DNA from: Bacteroidales bacterium
GTDB taxonomy: Bacteria > Bacteroidota > Bacteroidia > Bacteroidales > VadinHA17
Direction: 5' to 3'
DNA length: 64,000 bases
NCBI GenBank assembly: GCA_035530515.1
Contig: DATKUO010000042.1
Coordinates: 22,945 to 86,944, forward strand
The notes beneath the pieces were generated by a model. It had not been told where the DNA came from. It saw nothing but the letters and a program-made list of their open reading frames with translations, and made no database searches. The position numbers and the translations under genes were made by a program. This document shows, piece after piece, positions 48,265 to 59,406 of the stretch; within the stretch, counting starts at the first letter, position 1; every line of letters begins with the position of its first letter.

Positions 48265-50579
48265 ATAGTTATTATAAAAAGGATGCATGGCTCATTATAG
48301 AAGAGGGTTTCCACCCTGAAATAAACAGGGAATCGGAAAGTATCTTTTCCTTAGGGAACGGTTACATGGGTCAGAGAGCCAACTTTGAAGAACATTATTC
48401 AGGTGATAGTATGCAAGGAAATTATATTGCAGGGGTATATTATCCTGACAAAACACGTGTGGGGTGGTGGAAAAATGGTTATCCTGAATATTTTGCTAAA
48501 GTCCTGAATGCTCCAAGTTGGATCGGTATTGATATCTCAGTGAATGAAGAGGTAATTGATCTGGCAACAACAAAGATTATATCATTCTCCAGAATCCTGA
48601 ATATGAAAGAAGGTTATCTTGAAAGATCTTTCAAAGTATCCGTTTCAGGAGATAAAACAATTGAAATTAATACCAGGAGATTTCTAAGCATGGCAGAACC
48701 TGACCTGGGAATAATCCGGTATGCCGTGAAATCTATTGATTTTGAAGGCACGGTTGGCTTTAAGGGTTATATTGATGCCGATATCAGGAATGAAGACACC
48801 AATTATGGGAAAAAATTCTGGAAAGAGATTAGCAGGGAGATAACTGACGAATCGGGAGCTCTTACAGCCAGTACATTGAAAACAGATTTTCATGTAGCAA
48901 CCGGAATGTGTTATGAACTGCACAGAGATAGGAAAACTTTTTCTGTAAAGTCTGATATAATAAATCGTAAAAAATATATTGCCAATGTCTTTTCTGTCAG
49001 CATAAAGGCTGGAGAGGAGTGGTCTCTCCATAAGTATGTTTCAGTACTTTCCTCTCTTAATAATCCAAAAGAACAGTTAAAGTATGATATTAATCTTCGT
49101 CTGAAAGAAGCAAAAGCAAAAGGATATGACAAATTATTCACTGATCATATAAAAGAATGGAGGAAAATTTGGGCTGCTTCGGATGTGGTTATTGAAGGTG
49201 ATCTGGCAGCTCAACAGGCTATACGTTTTAATATTTTTCACCTTAACCAGACTTATACCGGGAAGGATGAACGTCTTAATATTGGTCCAAAAGGTTTTAC
49301 AGGTGAGAAATACGGTGGTAGCACATATTGGGACACAGAAGCATTTTGCCTGCCATTTTTCTTAAAAACAGCAGATCAGAATGTTGGAAGAAATCTATTG
49401 TTATACCGGTACAAACATCTTGAAAAAAGTATTGCCAACGCTGCAAAACTTGGTTTTAAAAACGGCGCAGCACTTTATCCGATGGTGACAATGAACGGAG
49501 AAGAATGTCATAATGAATGGGAAATTACATTTGAAGAAATACACCGTAATGGTGCAGTAGCCTATGCTATATTCAATTATATAAGGCATACCGGTGACGA
49601 AAAATATATGGCAGAATACGGATTAGAGGTGTTAATTGGTATTTCGCGATTCTGGAGCCAGAGAGCAACTTTTTCTGAAAGCCTTCAAAAGCATGTGATA
49701 TTGGGAGTGACCGGACCAAACGAATATGAAAACAATGTAAATAATAACTGGTATACCAATTCATTAGCTGAATGGACTTTAACTTATACTCTATCAAACA
49801 TAGAGATTCTTGAGAAGGTAAATCCGGATAAACTTGAAGAAGTCTTCCGTAAAACAGGATTCAACTCTCCGGGAGAAACAGAGAGGTGGAGAGATCTGGT
49901 TAGCAATATGCACTTTTCAATAGATAACAAACGTAAAGTCTTTCTTCAGCAGGATGGATTCCTTGATAAGGAGTTAGTTCCGGCAAATAGTATCCCCTCT
50001 GCTGAAAGACCCATTAATCAGAATTGGTCGTGGGACAGGATATTAAGATCATGCTTTTTAAAACAGGCAGATGTGGTGCAGGGTTTATACCTCTTTGAAG
50101 ATAAATTTGACACTGAGACTATTAAACGTAATTTTGATTTTTACGAACCAATGACTCTGCATGAATCATCATTGTCGGCATGTATTCATTCAATAGTAGC
50201 TTCAAGGATAGGAAATATCGGGAAAGCTTATGAGCTTTATCTTCGTACTGCCAGGCTGGATCTTGATGATTATAATAATGAAGTCTCTGACGGTTTGCAT
50301 ATTACAAGTATGGCAGGAACATGGCTAGCAATAGTAGAGGGATTCGGTGGGATGAGGATTCTGGATGGGAAGATACAATTGAATCCACTTATTCCGGTGA
50401 ATTGGAAATCATATTCATTTCATGCCCGTTTCCGTGGAGCACTTTTCGAGGTCAAGGTAACAAAGGATTATGTTAATGTCAATAATATTTCAGATAAACC
50501 AATTCAACTGGTTATTTACGCCAATGATTACCAGATTAAAGGATCAGGAAAAATTGTCCTTAAATCGAAAGCAAGTTAA
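48261..50579 (+). CDS. GH65 maltose phosphorylase
   Basis: ESIFSLGNG, GPKGFTGEKYGG..YWDTE, GPNEY, KQAD and HESSLS. Confidence 0.93.
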   Translation: MNSYYKKDAWLIIEEGFHPEINRESESIFSLGNGYMGQRANFEEHYSGDSMQGNYIAGVYYPDKTRVGWWKNGYPEYFAKVLNAPSWIGIDISVNEEVIDLATTKIISFSRILNMKEGYLERSFKVSVSGDKTIEINTRRFLSMAEPDLGIIRYAVKSIDFEGTVGFKGYIDADIRNEDTNYGKKFWKEISREITDESGALTASTLKTDFHVATGMCYELHRDRKTFSVKSDIINRKKYIANVFSVSIKAGEEWSLHKYVSVLSSLNNPKEQLKYDINLRLKEAKAKGYDKLFTDHIKEWRKIWAASDVVIEGDLAAQQAIRFNIFHLNQTYTGKDERLNIGPKGFTGEKYGGSTYWDTEAFCLPFFLKTADQNVGRNLLLYRYKHLEKSIANAAKLGFKNGAALYPMVTMNGEECHNEWEITFEEIHRNGAVAYAIFNYIRHTGDEKYMAEYGLEVLIGISRFWSQRATFSESLQKHVILGVTGPNEYENNVNNNWYTNSLAEWTLTYTLSNIEILEKVNPDKLEEVFRKTGFNSPGETERWRDLVSNMHFSIDNKRKVFLQQDGFLDKELVPANSIPSAERPINQNWSWDRILRSCFLKQADVVQGLYLFEDKFDTETIKRNFDFYEPMTLHESSLSACIHSIVASRIGNIGKAYELYLRTARLDLDDYNNEVSDGLHITSMAGTWLAIVEGFGGMRILDGKIQLNPLIPVNWKSYSFHARFRGALFEVKVTKDYVNVNNISDKPIQLVIYANDYQIKGSGKIVLKSKAS

Positions 50580-50643
50580 TTTGCTTAAACAAATGTGATT
50601 CAGAAGAACAATAAATTAAAAGTAGAACTAAATTATTCAGATT

Positions 50644-52023
50644 ATGGAAAGATTTCCCGTTGGTTTGCTGGTATTGTTACTGGCAATAGTATTAACAATA
50701 GCAGGATGTTCGATTTTTAAAGGTAAAAAAGAAGTTAAACCTTTCGTTTCAGAAGTAGTACATCCCGAATGGTCAAAAAACTCTGTCATTTACGAAGTTA
50801 ATATACGGCAGTTTACACCAGAAGGTACATTCGATGCATTTGCAGGACATCTGCCTCGCTTGAAGGAACTTGGCGTTGATGTATTATGGCTTATGCCTAT
50901 AAATCCTATTGGGATTAAAAACCGTAAGGAACCACTTGGTAGCTATTATTCCGTCAGGGATTATAAAGATGTTAATCCGGAATTTGGAAATATTGATGAT
51001 TTCAAAGATTTGGTTTCAAAGGCTCATGAGCTCGGTTTTCATCTGATTATCGATTGGGTTCCCAATCATTCATCCTGGGATAACAATCTCACAGTTGAAC
51101 ATCCTGAGTGGTATGTGAAAGATTCAAAAGGGAGCTTCATTCCTCCTATCGAGTTCGACTGGACGGACGTTATTCAGTTTGACTGGTTAAATATGGCATT
51201 GCAGGATTATATGATTGAGGCATTGAAATTCTGGGTTAACATTGGTGTTGATGGCTTCAGGGTTGATCATCCGCATCAAACGCCCTATGAATTCTGGGAA
51301 AGAGCCAGGGTCGAATTAAACAAGATCAAACCGGTTTTTATGATTGCAGAAAATGAGGAACAGACTGATTTCATGAAAAATGGCTTCGACATGAGTTACG
51401 CCTGGGAATTGCATCATCTCATAAACAGGATAGCACAGGGGAAAGACAGCGTAAAAAGTCTTAATAGATACTATACAAAAGAGTGGTCTCTGTTTCCTCT
51501 GAATGTTTACAGGATGGTATTTCTGGATAATCATGATGAGAACTCATGGAACGGAACCATCAACTCCAGGATGGGTGCGGCTCAGGTTGCTTTTGCTGTA
51601 TTTACTTTTACAACGCAGGGAGTTCCATTGTTGTATAACGGACAGGAAGTGTGCCTCGATAAAAGCCTGAAATTTTTTGAAAGAGATACTATAAAATGGG
51701 ATACCTGCCGGTTGACAGGTTTTTATAAAGATCTTATTGACCTGAAAAAATCAAATATTGCTCTCTGGAATGGAGAATCAGGAGGGAAGATGGAAATGAT
51801 TAAAACAAATAAGGATAGTAAAGTATTCTGTTTTTACAGGGAAAAAGAAGAAAACAGGGTGATTGTCTTTCTAAACCTGAGTAAAAAGAATCTTGCTGTA
51901 AAACCTGAAATGACAAACCTTGAAGGAGAATATAAAGATTATTTTAGCAGCCAGGAAACAGTTTTCCCTTTAACGGATTCGCTGAGGCTTGAACCATGGG
52001 GGTACAAGGTTTTTGTTAAATGA
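50644..52023 (+). CDS. GH13 alpha-amylase family lipoprotein
   Basis: Lipobox IAGC; DWVPNH, GFRVD, AE and NHDE motifs. Confidence 0.92.
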   Translation: MERFPVGLLVLLLAIVLTIAGCSIFKGKKEVKPFVSEVVHPEWSKNSVIYEVNIRQFTPEGTFDAFAGHLPRLKELGVDVLWLMPINPIGIKNRKEPLGSYYSVRDYKDVNPEFGNIDDFKDLVSKAHELGFHLIIDWVPNHSSWDNNLTVEHPEWYVKDSKGSFIPPIEFDWTDVIQFDWLNMALQDYMIEALKFWVNIGVDGFRVDHPHQTPYEFWERARVELNKIKPVFMIAENEEQTDFMKNGFDMSYAWELHHLINRIAQGKDSVKSLNRYYTKEWSLFPLNVYRMVFLDNHDENSWNGTINSRMGAAQVAFAVFTFTTQGVPLLYNGQEVCLDKSLKFFERDTIKWDTCRLTGFYKDLIDLKKSNIALWNGESGGKMEMIKTNKDSKVFCFYREKEENRVIVFLNLSKKNLAVKPEMTNLEGEYKDYFSSQETVFPLTDSLRLEPWGYKVFVK

Positions 52024-52039
52024 GCCTCACGACCAATGA

Positions 52040-52200
52040 TGGATTACAAACGTGAATTATGAGACCATCTTATCCTGATAAGATACCGAATGACTGGAAG
52101 ATAGCATGGTTTCAATATTATAGCAAAGAGTCGTGACCTATTTTCCCAGGCAATAGTCATTAAGACTGAGATGGTAGTCAAGGAATCTTCAGACATCTTC
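52040..52200 (+). pseudogene. Possible eroded LacI-family regulator C-terminus
   Basis: Manual reading gives KIPNDWKIAWF and AIVIKTEMVVKESS (LacI-like L..R.S tail), interrupted by stops. Confidence 0.4.
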
Positions 52201-52306
52201 AAAAAAAGATATATATCACTATGGATAAACAAAAAATTATTTATTTTTAGCTGGCGTTAACGAAGGCTAAATTGATTTATTATAATGATCTAAAACCATC
52301 TAAATT

Positions 52307-52681
52307 ATGAATGTTCCTGAAAATTTATTATACACCAAAGACCATGAGTGGCTTCGGGTAGAAGGAGAAATGGGTTATGTCGGAGTAACTGATTTTGCAC
52401 AGGGTGAATTAGGTGATATCGTTTTCATTGAAATTGAAACAGTGGGTGAGACTCTTGAGATAGAGGAAATCTTTGGCACCATTGAGGCAGTAAAAACTGT
52501 TTCAGATATGTTTATGCCTGTAAGTGGAGAGATTCTTGAGGTGAATCCTGCAATTGAAGATTCGCCTGATCTTGTTAATAAGGATCCTTATGGCAAAGGT
52601 TGGATGGTTAAGATAAAGATCAATGATCCCTCAGAGGTTAATGACCTCCTTTCAGCAGAGAAGTATAAAGCTCTGTTATAG
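52307..52681 (+). CDS. gcvH: Glycine cleavage system H protein
   Basis: [17 protein letters not shown] lipoyl-Lys and DPYGKGW. Confidence 0.97.
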   Translation: MNVPENLLYTKDHEWLRVEGEMGYVGVTDFAQGELGDIVFIEIETVGETLEIEEIFGTIEAVKTVSDMFMPVSGEILEVNPAIEDSPDLVNKDPYGKGWMVKIKINDPSEVNDLLSAEKYKALL

Positions 52682-55600
52682 CGTCTTTTTGACCTCTGTT
52701 TCCGTGTAGCCTTCAACTACATCGCCAACTTTTATGTCGTTAAAATTATGGATGTTAAGGCCACATTCATAACCTCCAACGACCTCTTTAACATCATCCT
52801 TAAAACGTTTAAGTGATCCAAGCTCTCCGGAGTAAATTACTATTCCATCGCGTATTATCCTGACCCTGGTGTTCCTTGTAATTTTACCTTCTTTAACATA
52901 ACAACCGGCTATTGTTCCAACTTTAGTAACCTTGAACACTTCACGTATTTCAAGTGTTGCTACAATTTCCTCTTTAACTTCCGGCATAAGCATTCCTTCC
53001 ATTGCTGACCTAATCTCCTCTATCGCATTATAGATGATGGAATAAAGTCGAACGTCAATCTCTTCTTTTTCAGCAAGTTTGCGTGCGCTTAATGAGGGTC
53101 GGACCTGGAATCCAACTATAATAGCATTTGATGCTGCTGCAAGCAGAATATCCGATTCGGAAATCTGTCCAACAGCTTGATGAATGACGTTAAGCTGTAT
53201 TTCCTGGGTTGAAAGTTTAATAAGCGAGTCGCTCAAAGCTTCTACTGAACCGTCAACATCTCCTTTAACAATAATGTTAAGCTCCTGGAAGTTGCCAATT
53301 GCAATTCGACGGCCTATCTCATCAAGGGTGATATGTTTCTGAGTACGGAGACCCTGTTCTCTCTGTAGTTGGGATCTCTTGGTAGCAATATCTTTTGCAT
53401 CATGGTCGCTCGCCATTACATTAAAATTATCTCCGGCTTGTGGAGCCCCGTTTAATCCCAATATGAGTGTGGGAGTAGCCGGGCCAACTTTTTCTACTTT
53501 ATGGCCTCTTTCATTGTACATGGCTTTTATATGTCCAAAGCAGCTGCCAGCAAGCATAATATCTCCAATTTCTAGTGTTCCGGCTTTGACTAGTACTGTT
53601 GCAGTAAACCCTTTTCCTTTATCGAGAGATGATTCAATAACTGTTCCGGTAGCTGCTTTGTTAGGATTTGCTTTTAATTCGAGCATTTCAGCTTCAAGAA
53701 GGACCTTTTCAAGGAGAACATCAATATTGAGTCCGTTCTTTGCCGATATTTCCTGTGATTGATACTTGCCTCCCCAATCTTCAACCAGATAATTCATATT
53801 TGCCAGAGCCTCTTTGATTTTCTCAGGATTGGCACTTTGTTTATCTATTTTGTTAATTGCAAATATCATTGGGACACCTGCTGCGGAGGCATGATTGATA
53901 GCTTCAATTGTTTGAGGCATAATGCCGTCGTCGGCTGCAACAACAATGATAGCAATATCTGTTATCTGTGCCCCACGGGCACGCATTGCTGTAAAGGCCT
54001 CATGCCCAGGCGTATCCAGAAATGTAATCTGACGTCCGTCAGAAAGGATAACTCCATATGCACCTATATGCTGGGTTATACCACCTGCTTCCCCGGCAAT
54101 AACGTTGGCGCTCCTTATATAGTCAAGTAACTTTGTCTTCCCATGGTCAACATGTCCCATTACAGTAACAATGGGAGGTCGTGGCATTAAATCCTTCTCG
54201 TCATCTTCCTCTTCCCTTACTGCTTCCAGTAATTCAGCACTGACAAATTCCACTTTAAAACCAAATTCATCAGCAAGAAGTGACATTGTTTCAGCATCAA
54301 GACGCTGGTTTATAGAGACAAAAAGCCCAAGATTCATACATGTAGAAATGATATCAGTAACAGGTGTATTCATCATCGATGAAAGTTCATTAACTGACAC
54401 AAATTCTGTTACCTTAAGGATATTCTTATCCTGTTCTATCTTATCTACTGACTCTTTATGTTTCTGGCTAATAGCCTCTCTTTTGTCCCTTCTATACCTC
54501 GAGCCTTTTGATTTACCTTTGGTAGTGAGCCGGGCAAGAGTCTCTTTAATCTGCTTCTGAACTTCTTCTTCATTCACCTCAGCTCTTATGGGTTTTTTCT
54601 TAATAACCTTTTTGGTGCCGGGCTTATCTTTCTTATCAGTAGGGATAGGTTTAACGACAGATGTTCCCTCATTTTCTTTTAATATTCTTTTTCTTCTCTT
54701 CTTCCTCCTGAAGTCAGAATCGCTGCTAACTCTTACTGGCTGGAATGAATTTGATTTCTTTTTTTCCTCAACAGGCAAATCTATTTTTCCTACAACTCTG
54801 GGGCCTGCCAGTTTTTTAAAATCTGTCTTATAGAGTGCTACAACATCTTCTTCTGGATCAGGAATGAGAATGTCATCAATTATTTCATCATCAGAGAGAT
54901 CTTCATTCAAAGGATCGGGTAAAATTTCTTCAATTATATCCGGTTTTTTCTTATTGTCTGCCTTCGTCTCTTTCTTTTCAGGAGTATCTTTTTCTTTACT
55001 TTTCTCTGCCTCAGGCTCTTTCTCTTCAGATATATTTTCAGGTTTATTTTTCTTTACCTCTTTTATTACCGGTTTAGGCTTTTTCTTAATTGTATCGAGG
55101 TCAACCTTTCCAACAATATGAAGATCAATATTTGTTTTTATATTTTTTTCTTCAGTAGCAGGAGTGGCAGCAGGCTCTTTCTTCTCAGGTGGTTGTATTT
55201 CCTTTTCATCTTTTTCAGCTTCAACCGGGATTACAGAAGTCTTATTAGTGGGCTCCTCTTTTGGTGTAACAATTTTTTCGAGAGTTGGTTTTAATGTCTT
55301 TTCGAGGTCGATTTTACCAACAAGTTTAATATCAGGTTTTTTAATTTCAGTTTTTATATCAACAGTCGTTTTAACGCCTGAGGAATCTTTAACGAGAACA
55401 TCTGCATCGCCTTCAGAATCTTCAATTTCAGTCTTTTCTGAGAAATCATCGATTGTAACAGTTTCCTTATTTCTGTGAAGATCTTTAAGAATGAGTTTTT
55501 CAGATTCCTTTTTTACGCTGATATCAATACTGTATTCTTTTACAAGCAAAATATAAGCTTCATGCGGAAGTTTAGTATTTGGGCTTGGATCAAGATCGAA

Positions 55601-55696
55601 CCCTTTTTTATGCAGAAATTCCACAATAGTGGATATTCCCACATTGAATTCGCGGGCTGCTTTGCTTAATCTTGTAACCTTAATATCCTCTGTCAT
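52676..55696 (-). CDS. infB: Translation initiation factor IF-2
   Basis: [26 protein letters not shown] and NKID. Confidence 0.98.
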   Translation of the reverse strand: MTEDIKVTRLSKAAREFNVGISTIVEFLHKKGFDLDPSPNTKLPHEAYILLVKEYSIDISVKKESEKLILKDLHRNKETVTIDDFSEKTEIEDSEGDADVLVKDSSGVKTTVDIKTEIKKPDIKLVGKIDLEKTLKPTLEKIVTPKEEPTNKTSVIPVEAEKDEKEIQPPEKKEPAATPATEEKNIKTNIDLHIVGKVDLDTIKKKPKPVIKEVKKNKPENISEEKEPEAEKSKEKDTPEKKETKADNKKKPDIIEEILPDPLNEDLSDDEIIDDILIPDPEEDVVALYKTDFKKLAGPRVVGKIDLPVEEKKKSNSFQPVRVSSDSDFRRKKRRKRILKENEGTSVVKPIPTDKKDKPGTKKVIKKKPIRAEVNEEEVQKQIKETLARLTTKGKSKGSRYRRDKREAISQKHKESVDKIEQDKNILKVTEFVSVNELSSMMNTPVTDIISTCMNLGLFVSINQRLDAETMSLLADEFGFKVEFVSAELLEAVREEEDDEKDLMPRPPIVTVMGHVDHGKTKLLDYIRSANVIAGEAGGITQHIGAYGVILSDGRQITFLDTPGHEAFTAMRARGAQITDIAIIVVAADDGIMPQTIEAINHASAAGVPMIFAINKIDKQSANPEKIKEALANMNYLVEDWGGKYQSQEISAKNGLNIDVLLEKVLLEAEMLELKANPNKAATGTVIESSLDKGKGFTATVLVKAGTLEIGDIMLAGSCFGHIKAMYNERGHKVEKVGPATPTLILGLNGAPQAGDNFNVMASDHDAKDIATKRSQLQREQGLRTQKHITLDEIGRRIAIGNFQELNIIVKGDVDGSVEALSDSLIKLSTQEIQLNVIHQAVGQISESDILLAAASNAIIVGFQVRPSLSARKLAEKEEIDVRLYSIIYNAIEEIRSAMEGMLMPEVKEEIVATLEIREVFKVTKVGTIAGCYVKEGKITRNTRVRIIRDGIVIYSGELGSLKRFKDDVKEVVGGYECGLNIHNFNDIKVGDVVEGYTETEVKKTL

Positions 55697-55763
55697 AAAT
55701 ATGGCTTGCCTTTATTAAAACCTCAAAAAAACAACTTGATTTTGAATGGTTAATATTTATATC

Positions 55764-57002
55764 TTATTCAAATTCGGCCTTTAGTATGTTAACAACCTCT
55801 TTGACGGTTTCCTCTTCAAGATCAGTTCTTTTAACAAGATCACTTATAGATAGATTCAGAACGCTTCTTGCAGTATCACAACCAATAGCTTTGAACTCTT
55901 CAATTATCCAATCTTCGATTTCATCTCCAAATTCCTCAAGATCAACATCTTCTTCATCTGCCCCGCCTGGTTCTCTGTAAACATCAATCTCATAGCCTGT
56001 AAGCTGGCTGGCAAGTTTAATATTAAGGCCGCCTTTACCAATAGCAAGAGATACTTCATTTGGTTTCAGATATATTTCTGCCCTCATTGTCTCTTCAACA
56101 AGTTTGATTGAAGTAATTTTCGCCGGACTGAGTGCTCTTTGGATGAAAAGCTGATTATTGGAGGTATAGTTTATTACATCAATATTCTCATTACGTAATT
56201 CTCTTACAATACCATGAATTCTGGATCCTTTCATTCCGACACATGCTCCCACCGGATCAATTCTCTCATCATATGACTCAACAGCTACTTTGGCACGTTC
56301 TCCGGGAACCCTTACTATATTCTTAATGGTAATAAGACCATCAAAAATTTCAGGAACTTCCAGTTCAAATAACCTTTCAAGGAATACAGGTGATGTACGA
56401 CTGAGAATAATGAATGGTGTATTATTTCTCATTTCAACTTTGATCACCACTGCACGTATTGAATCGCCTTTTCGGAAATGATCAGAAGGGATCTGTTCGC
56501 TCTTGGGCAAAATGAGTTCATTCCCATCATCATCCAGGACAAGAATCTCTCTCTTCCATACCTGATAAACTTCTCCGGTAACTATTTCTCCGATCCTGTC
56601 TTTGTACTTTAAATAGACATTATTCTTCTCAAGATCAAGGATCCGTGCTGTAAGGTTTTGCCTTAATGAAAGAATGGCTCTTCTCCCGAAGTCAAGAAAT
56701 TTGACCTCATCTGATACCTCTTCGCCAACTTCATAATCTTCATCAATCTCTTTGGCCGTTGAAAGTGGTATCTGAATTATGGGGTCAGTCAACTCGGAAT
56801 CCTCAACAACAACCCTGTTTCTCCATATTTCAAAGTCACCTTTATCAATATTGACAATTATGTCAAAATTATCAGCTGAACCGTACTTCTTTGCGAGCAT
56901 GCTTCTGAATACATCTTCAAGAACGCTCATCATAGTAGGGCGATCAATATTTTTCAGCTCCTTAAATTCCGAAAAGGTGTCGATCAAATTAACATTTTCC
57001 AT
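55764..57002 (-). CDS. nusA: Transcription factor NusA
   Basis: S1 and KH domains; FELEVPEI, DPVGACVG and AIGKGG. Confidence 0.97.
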   Translation of the reverse strand: MENVNLIDTFSEFKELKNIDRPTMMSVLEDVFRSMLAKKYGSADNFDIIVNIDKGDFEIWRNRVVVEDSELTDPIIQIPLSTAKEIDEDYEVGEEVSDEVKFLDFGRRAILSLRQNLTARILDLEKNNVYLKYKDRIGEIVTGEVYQVWKREILVLDDDGNELILPKSEQIPSDHFRKGDSIRAVVIKVEMRNNTPFIILSRTSPVFLERLFELEVPEIFDGLITIKNIVRVPGERAKVAVESYDERIDPVGACVGMKGSRIHGIVRELRNENIDVINYTSNNQLFIQRALSPAKITSIKLVEETMRAEIYLKPNEVSLAIGKGGLNIKLASQLTGYEIDVYREPGGADEEDVDLEEFGDEIEDWIIEEFKAIGCDTARSVLNLSISDLVKRTDLEEETVKEVVNILKAEFE

Positions 57003-57019
57003 CTGTTGTAAACCTCTTA

Positions 57020-57481
57020 TTAGTACTTAATTGTTAAAATAACTCTTGTTGATATTATCTGGTCAAAATTGAAAGACAGATCCTTCAACTCTTTTGTTTT
57101 TCCTTTAACTTTAACTTCTGTCACAATTTCAAATCCACCTTCTGTAACATTTTTGAGCGTGCCTGTGAATTTTGATCCATCCTTGTCAACAACTTCTACT
57201 TTTCTGCTTTCATTCTTATAGAATTGTTCTATAACTATGAACGGCATATCAAGACCTGGGGAAGATACCTGTAATTCAAAATCCTCTTTTTTGCGGTCAA
57301 TGCTGTTTTCAATATGTTTGTGCATTGCAGCACATTCATCAATAGTGATACCTTCATTTTTGTCTATCAGCACAGTAATCCTGTTTGCGCTGCTTACTTT
57401 TACAGCAACAAGAAATTGTCCGGTTCCTTTTATGAACTCTTCAACTATTTCTTTTATGTACTGTTTTTCCACCATTTTCAA
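57020..57481 (-). CDS. rimP: Ribosome maturation factor RimP
   Basis: GITIDEC and LQVSSPGL; rimP-nusA-infB order. Confidence 0.93.
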   Translation of the reverse strand: MKMVEKQYIKEIVEEFIKGTGQFLVAVKVSSANRITVLIDKNEGITIDECAAMHKHIENSIDRKKEDFELQVSSPGLDMPFIVIEQFYKNESRKVEVVDKDGSKFTGTLKNVTEGGFEIVTEVKVKGKTKELKDLSFNFDQIISTRVILTIKY

Positions 57482-57496
57482 AAACTGATAATAAAA

Positions 57497-57552
57497 CAGG
57501 GGACTCTGGTCCCCTGGATCTCACAACTCCCCTCAATTCGGTTGCAAAGGTA
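57497..57552 (-). promoter_or_regulatory. rimP leader hairpin and promoter box
   Basis: CAGGGGAC-tctg-GTCCCCTG at 57497-57516; TACCTTTG (-) at 57545-57552. Confidence 0.6.
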
Positions 57553-57650
57553 CATATTAATATTAAATCACCAAAATTATTAACAATATTGTGAGTTATT
57601 ATGCTTGTTACTCAAAGAACTAGCTTGATAATCAGCAAACATTTTGATAT

Positions 57651-58649
57651 TTGGGATTACGGAAATACTTCCTTTTATTTGAGAAAAGATTATCTGTGAT
57701 CATTATGACACAAAAAAGTTTATATGACGATAATGACCGTCTAATTCTTGAAAAATGTACTTTATGTCCAAAAGAGTGCCGCATTAACAGATTTAAAGGG
57801 GGAACGGGTTATTGTGGGATTGATGCAGGTTTTAACATTGCATCAATCTGTGTACATAGAGGAGAAGAACCTTACATAAGCGGTATGAATGGGATCTGTA
57901 ATATTTTTTTCGCCGGGTGTAATCTTCGTTGTCTTTATTGTCAGAATCACGAAATAAGTCGATCCGGCTCAGTTGGAAGAAATGGGAAAATGCTTCTTGA
58001 TAATGTATTAGATCAAATCGAGGAGATATTGTCGAAAGGAATTACATCTGTTGGCTTTGTTTCCCCTTCTCATGTAGTACCCCAGGTCAGGGTAATCATA
58101 AGAGGGTTGAATTTGCGTGGCCTTAAACCAATAACGGTATATAATACAAATAGTTATGATAAACCTGAGGTTCTCCGGAGTCTCTCTGGTTTAATTGATG
58201 TGTATTTGCCAGATTATAAGTATTGTACTCCGGAAATAGCGTCAGAGTATTCCGATGGCTATGATTATCCGCTGGTAGCATTAAAAGCTCTTAAAGAGAT
58301 GTATTATCAAAAAGGATCAGCGCTCAGGGTTAATGAAAATGGTATTGCAGAAAATGGATTACTGATAAGGCATCTTGTTTTGCCGGGCCATGTCAATGAG
58401 AGTAAAAGTGTTTTAAGGTCAATAGCAGAGGAGTTATCTCCGGATGTCCATCTTTCACTTATGTCCCAATATCATCCAACATCTGTTGTAAAAGATAATC
58501 CTCTACTTTGCCGGTCACTTTATAATGAAGAATACGATGCAGTTGTTGAGATGATGGAAAGTCTGGGTTTCAGAAATGGCTGGATTCAGGATATGGGTAG
58601 TAATAAGAATTACCGGCCTGACTTTAGCAAGGAGAATCCGTTTGAATAA
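57651..58649 (+). CDS. PflX-like radical SAM protein
   Basis: CTLCPKEC, HRGEEP, GCNLRCLYCQN, YLPDYKY and IRHLVLPG; start more likely 57705. Confidence 0.88.
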   Translation: MGLRKYFLLFEKRLSVIIMTQKSLYDDNDRLILEKCTLCPKECRINRFKGGTGYCGIDAGFNIASICVHRGEEPYISGMNGICNIFFAGCNLRCLYCQNHEISRSGSVGRNGKMLLDNVLDQIEEILSKGITSVGFVSPSHVVPQVRVIIRGLNLRGLKPITVYNTNSYDKPEVLRSLSGLIDVYLPDYKYCTPEIASEYSDGYDYPLVALKALKEMYYQKGSALRVNENGIAENGLLIRHLVLPGHVNESKSVLRSIAEELSPDVHLSLMSQYHPTSVVKDNPLLCRSLYNEEYDAVVEMMESLGFRNGWIQDMGSNKNYRPDFSKENPFE

Positions 58650-58659
58650 ATATATTTTA

Positions 58660-58685
58660 CCCCCCAACCCCCCTAAACGGGGGCA
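58660..58685. repeat. REP-like palindrome between convergent genes
   Basis: CCCCCAACCCCCTAAACGGGGGC; inverse of the copy at 16821. Confidence 0.6.
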
Positions 58686-58689
58686 TTAG

Positions 58690-59406
58690 TTACATAAATT
58701 TCTCCCTCTTCTGGAGATTATAAAGTGCAGCAAGCAGAAATAGTATTGAGCCTGTTATCAGGATTATACGATTCTTTAATGTGATAATCGCCCAGGTTGC
58801 TTCATTTACATCGTATGGCAGGTCATAAGGATTCAGGAATACATTCCACTGGCTTTTACGAAGAAAATCGGAGAGGATCATGAAGAATAACCCAAATATG
58901 ATCATCAGTACTGCTGTTCCATTTCCGTTCCTGACTACTGTTGATAACATGAAGGCCATAATTCCCAGAAACAGGACCGGAACCATTACCTGTGCTGTCA
59001 TGTTTACAAAACGGAATTTTACGATTAATACAGAGGAGAGAAAGGTAAAAACAAGCATTATCAGGAAAGCAATTACAAAGATAAGGGCTATCCTTACAAG
59101 CCAGACTTTATACCTGTAATTTGGTATACCGAACAGTATCTCGATGGTTCGTGCATCCTGATCATTCTGGATACCGAAAGCGGAAGGATAAAATACCAGT
59201 AATAGTCCTGAAAAAAGAAAGACACCGTAAAGATCATCCATTCGGGATACATTATTTGAAAAGACATAAATAACTGACAGACCCAGGTAAAACAATACAG
59301 ATCCGGCAAGAAACCAGATGAATCTGTTTGCAAAGATTATCCTAAGGTTATAAATAATCATTTTATAAATGAGACTGGAGATGTTATGTAAGTTATTTGA
59401 TTTCAT
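58690..59406 (-). CDS. ABC-2-like membrane permease (hypothetical)
   Basis: About 6 TM segments; overlaps the stop of the upstream ABC ATPase fusion. Confidence 0.65.
   Translation of the reverse strand: MKSNNLHNISSLIYKMIIYNLRIIFANRFIWFLAGSVLFYLGLSVIYVFSNNVSRMDDLYGVFLFSGLLLVFYPSAFGIQNDQDARTIEILFGIPNYRYKVWLVRIALIFVIAFLIMLVFTFLSSVLIVKFRFVNMTAQVMVPVLFLGIMAFMLSTVVRNGNGTAVLMIIFGLFFMILSDFLRKSQWNVFLNPYDLPYDVNEATWAIITLKNRIILITGSILFLLAALYNLQKREKFM

Noticed and set aside
47503..48314. Long antisense ORFs (229 and 204 aa) over pgmB, and similar shadow ORFs over infB, GH2 and the RND gene
   Set aside because: They fully overlap well-supported genes on the opposite strand and show no motifs.
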